64,000 nucleotides of DNA, taken from Lachnospirales bacterium. GTDB taxonomy: Bacteria; Bacillota; Clostridia; Lachnospirales; CAMZNU01. Of the stretch, positions 56,031 to 64,000 are shown one piece after another (position 1 is the stretch's first letter; each line of letters starts with the position of its first letter). The stretch spans positions 106,692 through 170,691 of the forward strand of contig JBKEBX010000022.1 in assembly GCA_047973385.1 (NCBI GenBank), given 5' to 3'. The notes under the pieces are model-generated. The model saw nothing but the letters and a program-made list of their open reading frames with translations. It was not told where the DNA came from and did not search any database. Made by a program: the position numbers and the translations under genes.

Positions 56031-57011
56031 ATGTTAAAAGAAAAGGTTATTGAATATCTAGAAGAAAATCCAGATAAGTTGGTTACTGGTGGACAAATGG
56101 CATTAAAATTTGATGTTAGTAGAACTGCTATATGGAAAACTATAAACACTTTAAAAAATGAAGGATATAAAATAGAAAGTGTAAGAAACAGTGGATATAG
56201 ATTAAGCGAAAGTAGTGACACATTATCTAAAACAGTTATAAAAAATATAGCTACAACTGATGTAATAGGTCAAGAAATTGAAATACATAAAGTTTTACCC
56301 TCAACAAATACTTATGTAAAAAACAGTTTTAATATAAATAGTTTTGAGGGATATACAGTTATAGCCGACGGACAAAGTCAAGGTCGTGGTAGACATGGTA
56401 AAAGTTTTTGCTCCCCTGAACAAAATGGGATTTACATGAGTATACTTCTAAAACCAAACATAGACTTTGATAAGGTTTCTATGATTACTATATGTACGGC
56501 TGTTGCAGTATGTAATGGAATAGAAAAATCTGTTAATATGCCTTTGGATTTAGGTATAAAATGGGTAAATGATTTATTTATAGGGAATAAAAAACTTTGT
56601 GGTATTTTAACAGAAGCTTCTATTTCTATGGAAACAACTGACCTTGAATATGTAGTTGTTGGTATTGGTGTAAACACTGGCGAGGTAGATGAAACAGTAA
56701 GGGATATTGCCACATCTCTGTATTTAGAAACAGGAACAAAAGGGCATAGAAACAAAATCATTGGAGAGATATTAAACGAATTTGAGAAAGTGTATAATGA
56801 TTTTATAAAGGGAAATACAAATATAATTATAGATGAATATAACAAAAGATTATTTATAAAAAACAGAAAAGTTGAAATAACTTATGGTAAAGAAGTGTTG
56901 TGCGCAAAAGTAATTGAAGTAAGTTACAAAGGACATCTTATTGTAGAAAAAGAAACGGGAGATAGATTGGAAATTTCATCAGGGGAGATTGTGAGGTTAA
57001 TTAATGAATAA
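56031..57011 (+). CDS. birA: bifunctional biotin--[acetyl-CoA-carboxylase] ligase / biotin operon repressor
   Basis: 326 aa. N-terminal wHTH (GGQMALKFDVSRTAIWKTINTLKNEGYKI). Ligase motif GQSQGRGRHGKSF. Confidence 0.9.
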   Translation: MLKEKVIEYLEENPDKLVTGGQMALKFDVSRTAIWKTINTLKNEGYKIESVRNSGYRLSESSDTLSKTVIKNIATTDVIGQEIEIHKVLPSTNTYVKNSFNINSFEGYTVIADGQSQGRGRHGKSFCSPEQNGIYMSILLKPNIDFDKVSMITICTAVAVCNGIEKSVNMPLDLGIKWVNDLFIGNKKLCGILTEASISMETTDLEYVVVGIGVNTGEVDETVRDIATSLYLETGTKGHRNKIIGEILNEFEKVYNDFIKGNTNIIIDEYNKRLFIKNRKVEITYGKEVLCAKVIEVSYKGHLIVEKETGDRLEISSGEIVRLINE

Positions 57012-57546
57012 TAGTATTTTGTCAATAAAAGATATGTGTTTAATAGGAGTTTTTGCAGCAGTTATATGTGCTTTAGGACAGATAAGTATACCTATGCCAT
57101 ATGGTGTTCCTATGACTTTACAAACCTTTGCAATTTCACTTGCAGGTGTTGTTTTAGGTGCGAAAAAAGGCTTTTTTGCATCACTTATATATGTACTTCT
57201 AGGTGCAGTTGGTTTGCCTGTTTTTGCAGGATTTGTCGGTGGACTTGGAGTAGTCTTTGGAGCAACAGGTGGTTTTATTTTATCTTTTCCAATTATGGCT
57301 TGGATCACTGGCGTTGCTTCAGATTTCAACAATAAAACGATTCTTGTAATCGGTGTTGTTTTGGGTATACTTATAAACTATCTTTGTGGTATGTTTATGT
57401 TTACCTTTGTAACTGGAAATCCTTTAAGTGTAGCCTTTACAGCTTGTGTTCTGCCTTTTATACCTACGTCAATCATTAAAGCATTTCTTGCAGTTTTTTT
57501 AGGTTTATACTTAAAAACATTGTTAAAAAGGGAGGTTATCTTATAA
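57004..57546 (+). CDS. bioY: biotin transporter BioY (ECF S component)
   Basis: 180 aa with 5-6 TM helices. PMPYGVPMTLQTFAISLAGVVLG is typical of BioY. Confidence 0.9.
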   Translation: MNNSILSIKDMCLIGVFAAVICALGQISIPMPYGVPMTLQTFAISLAGVVLGAKKGFFASLIYVLLGAVGLPVFAGFVGGLGVVFGATGGFILSFPIMAWITGVASDFNNKTILVIGVVLGILINYLCGMFMFTFVTGNPLSVAFTACVLPFIPTSIIKAFLAVFLGLYLKTLLKREVIL

Positions 57547-57935
57547 TGGAACTTAGACCACATCATTTATTATGTACTCAAGCTTATAGTGGAAAAGGCT
57601 ATAACACAGAATTTATAGAAAACGTTAATCGTTTAGTTCAAATTTTACGTAACGATAAAGAAGCTAGCGTTAATCTTGTTTTTTCAACTGATGATATGTG
57701 TATAAAATGCCCACGAAAAAAAGGAATAAAAAAATGTAAGGACGATTACAAAGTAAAAGTTTTAGATAAAAAAGTTATAGAATACTTTAATCTTGAAGAA
57801 AAAGAATATAATTACCACCAAATAACAAAGGAGATAAACTCTAAAATAACTGTGGATATTTTAGATGATATTTGTTCTACATGTGAATGGTATTCAATAA
57901 GTGCTTGTAAGAGAATTATTTGTGGAGAAGAATAG
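57546..57935 (+). CDS. DUF1284 domain protein (Cys-rich)
   Basis: 129 aa. MELRPHHLLCTQAYSGKGY matches the DUF1284 N-terminus. Start coupled to the bioY stop as TAATG. Confidence 0.65.
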   Translation: MELRPHHLLCTQAYSGKGYNTEFIENVNRLVQILRNDKEASVNLVFSTDDMCIKCPRKKGIKKCKDDYKVKVLDKKVIEYFNLEEKEYNYHQITKEINSKITVDILDDICSTCEWYSISACKRIICGEE

Positions 57936-58095
57936 TTTTAATTTTTGAGTGTTTATTACATCATAAAGTAATTTCATAAGAAATTACAATATTCTTAAGT
58001 CGTAGCCTTGTTTACGAGGCTAGGGCTTTAGTATATTATATCATTTTTATAGGCAATATAATAAAAGTTAAAAAACATACCAATATAACTTAAAT

Positions 58096-58225
58096 GGCGA
58101 CCTTGCAAAATTTGTAAAAATCCATTTTCATAACAAAACAACGGCTTTGTGGCGTTTGTCAAAAGTATGAAAATTCAGTTTCTCTTTTGCAATGTGCCAT
58201 TATTTTAATTTTCTGGCGTTTCCAA
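58096..58225 (+). repeat. copy F (short form) of the dispersed intergenic repeat
   Basis: ggcgaccttgcaaaatttgtaaaaatccattttcataacaaaacaacggctttgtgg...cttttgcaatgtgccattattttaattttctggcgtttccaa. Colinear with 49980-50154. Confidence 0.7.
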
Positions 58226-58456
58226 ATGGTATGATTTTTCAACTTTTTTTGTTGGGAAATTTTTACTCTTAAAAATCAGACAAATCACTTTTGCATAAAA
58301 AATCAATAGGATAATGTTTCAACATTGATATATTTTTAAAAATTAAATGACAACACTGTAATTATGTGATAAAATAAAAACAAAAGACAGTTTTGAAAAA
58401 AAGTAAAATTATCATACTATTATAATGAGTTAATATCAAAAAAATGGAGGATAAAT

Positions 58457-59461
58457 ATGTTAAGAGATAAATCAGTTTTGATTACAGGTGGTACAGGCTC
58501 TTTTGGAAAAGCATTTACAAGAATCCTTTTAAAAAACCATAATGTAAAGCGTGTTATAATATATTCAAGAGACGAATTTAAACAAGATATAATGAAGAAA
58601 GATTTTACAAATGAGTTTCCAAATGAAGCTAGTAAGTTAAGATTTTTTATAGGTGATGTTAGAGATAAAGACAGATTATACAGAGCCTTTAAAGGAGTAG
58701 ATTATGTAATACATGCAGCAGCTATGAAACAAGTTCCTGCTTGTGAGTACAATCCTTTTGAAGCTATAAAGACTAATATTAATGGGGCTCAAAATATAGT
58801 TGATGCTGCTTTAGATTGTTCTGTTGAAAAAGTAATTGCTTTATCTACGGATAAGGCTGTAAACCCTATAAATTTATATGGAGGAACTAAACTCGTTTCA
58901 GATAAATTATTTATATCTGCAAATGCATATAGTGGCGATGACGGAACTGTTTTCTCTGTTGTTCGATATGGCAACGTATCAGGTAGCCGAGGCTCCGTTA
59001 TACCTTTTTTTAGAACACTATTAGAAAAAGGCGAAAAAACTCTACCTATTACTGATGAGCGTATGACAAGATTTTGGATGACATTAGATGACGCTGTAAA
59101 TTTAGTTTTACTTGCTTTAAAAGAAACAAACGGAGGAGAAACATATGTATATAAAAATCCTTCATATAAAATAACGGATATAGCAGAAGCGATAAATCCA
59201 AATGGTGATATAAAAGTAGTTGGTATACGAGAAGGCGAAAAACTTCATGAAGTTATGATTACGGCTGATGACTCTAGATGTACCTATGACTATGGTGATT
59301 ACTACATTATATATCCTAATTATGAATGGTGGTCTAAAGATAAATATTTTAAAACTGGTGGAAAGTTGATTTCAGATGGTTGGGAGTATAATTCTGGTAC
59401 TAACAATGTTTGGCTTAATATAGATACTATTAGAGAAAAACTTCAAAAATTAGGATTATAG
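58457..59461 (+). CDS. pseB: UDP-N-acetylglucosamine 4,6-dehydratase (inverting), PseB/FlaA1/SpsM-like
   Basis: 334 aa. VLITGGTGSFGKAF, and the YGGTKLVSDKL catalytic Y-x3-K. Confidence 0.85.
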   Translation: MLRDKSVLITGGTGSFGKAFTRILLKNHNVKRVIIYSRDEFKQDIMKKDFTNEFPNEASKLRFFIGDVRDKDRLYRAFKGVDYVIHAAAMKQVPACEYNPFEAIKTNINGAQNIVDAALDCSVEKVIALSTDKAVNPINLYGGTKLVSDKLFISANAYSGDDGTVFSVVRYGNVSGSRGSVIPFFRTLLEKGEKTLPITDERMTRFWMTLDDAVNLVLLALKETNGGETYVYKNPSYKITDIAEAINPNGDIKVVGIREGEKLHEVMITADDSRCTYDYGDYYIIYPNYEWWSKDKYFKTGGKLISDGWEYNSGTNNVWLNIDTIREKLQKLGL

Positions 59462-59474
59462 GAGGTCGATATTT

Positions 59475-60668
59475 ATGAAACTTGCACTTTTAGGAGGAAA
59501 ACCAGAGGTAGAAGAATTTATACCCTATGGAAAACAATATATAGATGATGAAGATATAAAAGCAGTAAGTAAGGTTTTGAAATCTCCATATTTAACAACA
59601 GGCCCTTATGTAGAAGAGTTTGAAAAAAAATTATGCAAGTTTACAGGTGCAAAGTACGCAGTAGCTATATCAAACGGCACAGCTGCATTACATGCAACTT
59701 GTTATGCATTAGGAATTGGAAAAGATGATGAAGTTATAACATCACCCATAACTTTTGCTGCATCAGCAAATTGCGTTTTGTACTGTGGTGGCACACCAAT
59801 ATTTGCTGACATAAATCCGAAAACTTGGAATATTGACCCTAAAAAAATAGAGGAAAAAATTACAGAAAAAACAAAGGCAATAATCGCCGTAGATTTTACA
59901 GGACAAGCTGTGGAGATTGACAAAATAAAAGCTATTTGTCAAAAGCATAACTTGATTTTTATAGAAGATGCAGCTCATTCAATAGGTACAAAATACAATG
60001 ATATAGCTGTTGGAAATCTTGCTGATATGACTACTTTTAGTTTTCACCCAGTTAAAACAATAACTTCAGGTGAGGGCGGAGCTATTTTAACAAATAACGA
60101 GGAATACTATAAGAAAATGAAACTTTTTCGTTCTCACGGTATAACTAGAGATGAAAAACTACTTTCTAAACCTAATTTTCATGGGTATAACGAACAAATA
60201 GAGCTTGGCTATAATTACCGAATGACCGATATACAGGCAGCACTTGGGTTAAGTCAGTTAGGTAAAATTGATAAATTTTCTAATCGACGCAGCGAAATTG
60301 TTGAAAAGTATAATAAAGCCTTTGAAAACATACCAGAGCTTATTATACAAGAAGAAATAAAAGAGTCTAAAACAACACGTCATTTGTATATTATTAAACT
60401 TAATAAAGATAAGTTAAATGCTGATAGAAATGAGATTTACAAAGCTTTAAATGCCGAGAATGTAGGCTTGCAAGTACATTATTTACCTGTGTATTGGCAC
60501 CCGTATTATCAGGAATTAGGCTATAAAAAAGGTATCTGCCCTTTTGCAGAAGATTTATATGAAAATATTATAACAATACCTTTGTACTATTCTTTAACAG
60601 ATATTGAGGTTGAAAATGTTATAAATGCAGTTGTAAAAGTTGTAAATTACTATAAAAAAGGTGATTAA
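59475..60668 (+). CDS. pseC: DegT/DnrJ/EryC1-family aminotransferase, PseC-like
   Basis: 397 aa. IPYGKQYIDDEDIKAV, and the SFHPVKTITSGEGG PLP-lysine region. Confidence 0.85.
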   Translation: MKLALLGGKPEVEEFIPYGKQYIDDEDIKAVSKVLKSPYLTTGPYVEEFEKKLCKFTGAKYAVAISNGTAALHATCYALGIGKDDEVITSPITFAASANCVLYCGGTPIFADINPKTWNIDPKKIEEKITEKTKAIIAVDFTGQAVEIDKIKAICQKHNLIFIEDAAHSIGTKYNDIAVGNLADMTTFSFHPVKTITSGEGGAILTNNEEYYKKMKLFRSHGITRDEKLLSKPNFHGYNEQIELGYNYRMTDIQAALGLSQLGKIDKFSNRRSEIVEKYNKAFENIPELIIQEEIKESKTTRHLYIIKLNKDKLNADRNEIYKALNAENVGLQVHYLPVYWHPYYQELGYKKGICPFAEDLYENIITIPLYYSLTDIEVENVINAVVKVVNYYKKGD

Positions 60669-60669
60669 T

Positions 60670-61410
60670 ATGAAAATAGGTGCGATTATTCAGGCTAGAG
60701 TTGGTTCAACAAGATTACCTGAAAAAGTTTTAAAAAATATATGTGGTAAAAGTGTTTTAGACCACGTAATCACTAGAGTTAGACAGTCTAAATACATTGA
60801 TGAAATTATTATAGCTACCACTATTTTAGATAGAGATATAGCAATCATTAATGAAGCCGAAAAAATTGGTGTTAAGTCTTTTTGTGGTAGCGAAGATGAT
60901 GTGCTATCAAGGTATTATCTAGCCGCTAAAGAAAACAGTTTAGATGTTATTGTACGAATAACATCAGATTGTCCATTAATTGATAGTAAGGTGATTGATG
61001 AAGTTGTTAAAACTTATTTAGATAATAAATATGATATTGTAACAAACGCAGGTTCCGATTTATCACAAAGAACTTATCCTAGAGGTTTAGATACAGAAGT
61101 TTTTTCTTTTGAGGCTTTGGAAAATGCCTATAAAAATGCAGTTGAAAAATATCAAAGAGAACATGTAACACCTTATATTTATGAAAATGCAAAAGAAGTA
61201 TTTTATTATAAAAATAGTACTGATTATTCAAAATATCGTTGGACACTAGATACTGAAGAAGATTTTGAAGTTATTTCTAAAATATATGAAAATCTTTATG
61301 ATGATAGGAATATTCATAATTTTTATTTAATGGATATAGTTAAGCTTTTTGAAGAAAAACCTGAACTTTATGATATAAATGCACATATAGAACAGAAAAA
61401 GTTGAAGTAG
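60670..61410 (+). CDS. cytidylyltransferase, SpsF/COG1861-type (CMP-nonulosonate synthetase candidate)
   Basis: MKIGAIIQARVGSTRLPEKVL. ATG 60670 (RBS AAAGGTGA) is preferred over GTG 60661. It resembles B. subtilis SpsF rather than the Campylobacter NeuA-like PseF. Confidence 0.7.
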   Translation: MKIGAIIQARVGSTRLPEKVLKNICGKSVLDHVITRVRQSKYIDEIIIATTILDRDIAIINEAEKIGVKSFCGSEDDVLSRYYLAAKENSLDVIVRITSDCPLIDSKVIDEVVKTYLDNKYDIVTNAGSDLSQRTYPRGLDTEVFSFEALENAYKNAVEKYQREHVTPYIYENAKEVFYYKNSTDYSKYRWTLDTEEDFEVISKIYENLYDDRNIHNFYLMDIVKLFEEKPELYDINAHIEQKKLK

Positions 61411-61421
61411 AGAAGAATGAT

Positions 61422-61963
61422 ATGCTAGAACTTAAGAAAATAGGTTATGAAGATTTAGAAAATGTTATGACGTGGAGAATGTTACCAGAGGTAACTAAGT
61501 ATATGTTCAGTGACCCTGTACTTACTGTTGAAAATCAAAAAAAATGGCTTGATAATATTTTACACAGAACAGATGTTTTATATTGGATTATTTATTTTGA
61601 TAATACACCTATAGGCGTTTAAATTTCCAAGGTATTGATAATTTAAATAAAAAATGCTTTTGGGCATACTATATTGGAGATACATCATATAGAGGTAAAG
61701 GTATAAGTAAGGATTTAGAATGTAATATTTATGATTATTGTTTCTATACACTAAATCTTAATAAACTTTGCTGTGAAGTCTTAAGTTTTAATGAAAAAGT
61801 AATTTCCTTACATCAAAAGTATGGTTCCTTAATAGAAGGTGAGCATAAAGAACATATTTGTAAAAATAATATATTCTATGATGTTACAAGTATGGGAATA
61901 ACTAAAACAAGATGGGAAGAAGTAAGAAATAGTATTGATTATAATAAGATTTCTATTGAATAG
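61422..61963 (+). pseudogene. pseH: PseH-type GNAT N-acetyltransferase interrupted by a 1-nt frameshift
   Basis: Frame 1 stops at TAA 61620-61622 after ...FDNTPIGV. The frame starting at 61622 continues NFQGIDNLNKKCFWAYYIGDTSYRGKGIS...LNKLCCEVLSFNEKVISLHQKYG... to TAG 61961-61963. Adding one T to GTTT (61617-61620) restores about 180 aa. Confidence 0.75.
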
Positions 61964-61979
61964 TATATAGAGGTTTAAA

Positions 61980-62972
61980 ATGTTAATTGTAGTTAGAACA
62001 GAGGGTGGTAGCCATGTTGGATATGGTCATATATATAGATGTATTTCTTTAGTTAGGGCTATGCAAGTTGAGTTAGAATACATAAATATTTTATTTGTTA
62101 TTAATAATCAATGTGCAAGTTTATTAGATGAATTAGGATTTGATTATGTAGTTTCTGATAATTTTGATATCAATTATGACTTAGATATATTGAAAGATAA
62201 ATCTGTTGATTTAATTTTGTTTGACTCATATAACGGAACAGACATTTATTTGTCTAAACTAAAAAGTATATCAAAACTTGTAATATTTGATGATAACAAT
62301 GATTTATATAGTTTAGATAATGTTGATGTGGTTATAAATGGGAATGTTCATGGAGCAACTTTAGGTTATGATACAAGTAAATCAACGTCTTTTTTACTCG
62401 GAACAAATCATTTAGTGATGAAAGAAGAATATTGGAATAATGATACAAGTTTTATAGACAAAAAAGGAATTCTTATAACTACTGGTGGCACAGATACATA
62501 TAATTTAACATATTCTTTTATGAAAAACTTACAAAAAATCAATATACCTATTGTAGTTATAGTTGGTCCAGGTTTTTCAAATGAGCAGATAAATGTGTTA
62601 GAAAAAGAAAAATGTAAAAATGTTGAACTTATCATAAAGCCTAATAGCCTTAAAAAATATTTAAGCAAATCAAAATATGTGGTTACTGCTAGTGGTAGCT
62701 CTGTTTATGAAGTTTTAACGCAAAAATCAATACCTATTTTGTTTAGTCAAGCTAAAAATCAAAATCTTGCATATTATGAATTTGAAAAAGCTAATGTTAA
62801 AACCATCGGCATTTACCCTGAAATAAATTTTGATAAAGCTTACAATTATATAAAATCCTTTGAAGAAAGTGATATCTCTAATACAAAGATTGAAATTGAT
62901 ATTGATGGTAAAGGTGCTTATAGAGTGGCAAAATATCTAAAAAATTATTTAGTTGGAGGTAATATTGAATAA
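61980..62972 (+). CDS. pseG: UDP-2,4-diacetamido-2,4,6-trideoxy-hexose hydrolase, PseG/SpsG-like
   Basis: 330 aa. MLIVVRTEGGSHVGYGHIYRCISL is the PseG N-terminal signature. GT-B-like fold. Confidence 0.8.
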   Translation: MLIVVRTEGGSHVGYGHIYRCISLVRAMQVELEYINILFVINNQCASLLDELGFDYVVSDNFDINYDLDILKDKSVDLILFDSYNGTDIYLSKLKSISKLVIFDDNNDLYSLDNVDVVINGNVHGATLGYDTSKSTSFLLGTNHLVMKEEYWNNDTSFIDKKGILITTGGTDTYNLTYSFMKNLQKINIPIVVIVGPGFSNEQINVLEKEKCKNVELIIKPNSLKKYLSKSKYVVTASGSSVYEVLTQKSIPILFSQAKNQNLAYYEFEKANVKTIGIYPEINFDKAYNYIKSFEESDISNTKIEIDIDGKGAYRVAKYLKNYLVGGNIE

Positions 62973-63468
62973 CAATTTTATTGAGTTAAGAAAGCTAAAA
63001 AAAAGTGATATATCTAATATTTTCGAACTTTCAAATCAAGATTATGTAAGGAAATATTCTATAAATAAAGATAAAATTCTTTGGGAAGACCACATAAAAT
63101 GGTTCGAAAATATTTTAAAAAGTGATTTAGACTATTTTTATATTGTTACAGAAAATACAAGTGAAAATGAAGAAAAATTTTACGGACAAGTGCGTTTTAA
63201 AATAAATACAAACAATGGTGACTGTGAAGTTAGTATAAGTTTAAACAAAAATATACAAGGCAGGGGTATGTCTAAGTATATCTTAAAAGAAAGTTTGAAT
63301 TTGCTTTTCAGCGAAGCAACTTTTATAAATGTGATAACAGCTTATGTTAATATTGAAAATTTAGTCTCTATAAAGTTGTTTCAAGGTGTTGGGTTTCAAG
63401 AGATTTCAAAAGCCAACGATATGCTAAGGTTTGTGATTATAAGGAGTGATTTTTATGAAACTAGATAA
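62965..63468 (+). CDS. GNAT-family N-acetyltransferase (second one in the cluster)
   Basis: Acetyl-CoA motif QGRGMSKYILKESL. TTG 62965 (RBS GGAGG, 5 nt upstream) is preferred over TTG 62953. It overlaps the pseG stop and the pseI start. Confidence 0.7.
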   Translation: MNNNFIELRKLKKSDISNIFELSNQDYVRKYSINKDKILWEDHIKWFENILKSDLDYFYIVTENTSENEEKFYGQVRFKINTNNGDCEVSISLNKNIQGRGMSKYILKESLNLLFSEATFINVITAYVNIENLVSIKLFQGVGFQEISKANDMLRFVIIRSDFYETR

Positions 63469-64000
63469 CTTTGATATAAAAGAAAAAACTTTTATAATAG
63501 CCGAACTTTCTGCAAATCATGGACATGATATAGAAATAGCAAAAAAGACTATACAAGCGGCTAAAAAGTCAGGTGCTGACGCTATAAAAATACAAACCTA
63601 CACGGCTGATACTTTAACCATAGACTGTGACAACGAGTACTTTACATTAAACAACGGTACCATATGGGACGGTAGAACTCTATATGATTTATATAAGGAA
63701 GCTTATACACCTTGGGAATGGCAAAGGGAGTTAAAGGAATACGCAGAAAGTTTAGGGCTTATTTTTTTCTCAACGCCCTTTGATAAAAGTGCCGTAGACT
63801 TTTTAGAAGAAATAGATATTCCTATATATAAAATTGCTTCCTTTGAGATAAAAGATATTCCCTTAATTGAGTATGTTGCATCAAAAGGTAAACCTATTAT
63901 AATGTCTGTGGGTATAGCCACTCTTTCAGATATCGAAGAAGCCCTTGAGGCTTGTCACAAAATGGGAAATAAACAAATTATATTACTAAAATGTACATCT
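63455..64000 (+). CDS. pseI: nonulosonic (pseudaminic/legionaminic/N-acetylneuraminic-type) acid synthase, NeuB family; the 3' end lies beyond the right edge
   Basis: Absent from the ORF track because it runs off the edge. ATG 63455 (RBS AAGGAG) gives MKLDNFDIKEKTFIIAELSANHGHDIEIAKKTIQAAKKSGADAIKIQTY..., a NeuB/PseI/SpsE N-terminus. Confidence 0.85.
   Translation, partial: MKLDNFDIKEKTFIIAELSANHGHDIEIAKKTIQAAKKSGADAIKIQTYTADTLTIDCDNEYFTLNNGTIWDGRTLYDLYKEAYTPWEWQRELKEYAESLGLIFFSTPFDKSAVDFLEEIDIPIYKIASFEIKDIPLIEYVASKGKPIIMSVGIATLSDIEEALEACHKMGNKQIILLKCTS

Noticed and set aside
7387-57566. Antisense or out-of-frame ORF-track entries inside larger genes. Examples: 3174..3431, 4070..4273, 7387..7677, 7945..8400, 9624..9935, 15464..15877, 21260..21571, 22258..22755, 30835..31185, 44063..44419, 46276..46617, 50324..50559, 51547..51936, 53104..53352, 56432..56845, 56997..57332, 57036..57335, 59702..59978, 62408..62668, 63703..63921
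   Set aside because: Each is fully embedded in, and opposite to or out of frame with, a gene that has clear family motifs. They lack an RBS and have the skewed Ser/Leu/Phe/Ile-rich composition typical of shadow ORFs in AT-rich DNA.
1-64000. CRISPR arrays, rRNA/tRNA genes, IS transposases, restriction-modification, toxin-antitoxin or other recognisable defence systems; alternative genetic code
   Set aside because: I saw none on either strand. The only regular repeats are the in-gene tandem repeats and the dispersed intergenic elements described above. Long ORFs close normally with TAA/TAG/TGA, so the standard code applies. This was a by-eye survey, not a computational scan, so small or degenerate elements could have been missed.

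Overview
AT-rich, densely coded chromosomal segment that looks like a low-GC Firmicutes or Clostridia-type genome: strong GGAGG ribosome-binding sites, TTG/GTG starts and TTGACA-N17-TATAAT promoters. I cannot name the organism.

By eye I found no rRNA, tRNA, CRISPR array, IS transposase, prophage or recognisable defence genes.

Gene content from left to right:
- glyQS (partial)
- LysR regulator
- membrane metallophosphoesterase
- crcB
- Fe-alcohol dehydrogenase plus aldo/keto reductase
- polyprenyl synthase plus an NDH-2 carrying an extra C-terminal membrane domain
- 8-gene cell-wall glycopolymer cluster (csaB to wzx)
- SPFH/zinc-ribbon gene pair
- 12-gene hexuronate locus (uxuB, uxuA, TRAP dctPQM, cupin, uxaA, uxaB, uxaC, LacI regulator)
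- rplM-rpsI
- two small genes (tautomerase-like DUF1904; transglutaminase-like)
- tsf-rpsB
- a DeoR / ABC-ATPase / two paralogous pilin-like-anchored unknown proteins operon
- a sugar ABC transporter
- a two-component system next to a VTC / DUF4956 / beta-helix protein operon
- a lone tyrosine recombinase
- birA-bioY-DUF1284
- a pseudaminic/legionaminic-type nonulosonic acid cluster with a frameshifted pseH (pseI runs off the right edge)

The least ordinary signal is non-coding. A modular family of dispersed intergenic repeats shows up in four forms:
- long copies at 49980-50154 and 58096-58225
- M1/M2 modules at four loci
- a composite copy at 34614-34765 next to GC-rich hairpins
- a short CATTGCAAAA unit at many gene boundaries

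A separate family of conserved terminator hairpins also recurs. None of these matches an element I can name.

The protein-level candidates for poorly described systems are the pilin-like paralog pair, the VTC/DUF4956/Cthe_2159-like operon and the EET-type NDH-2 pair. All family assignments come from reading the translations and from motif memory, not from database searches.
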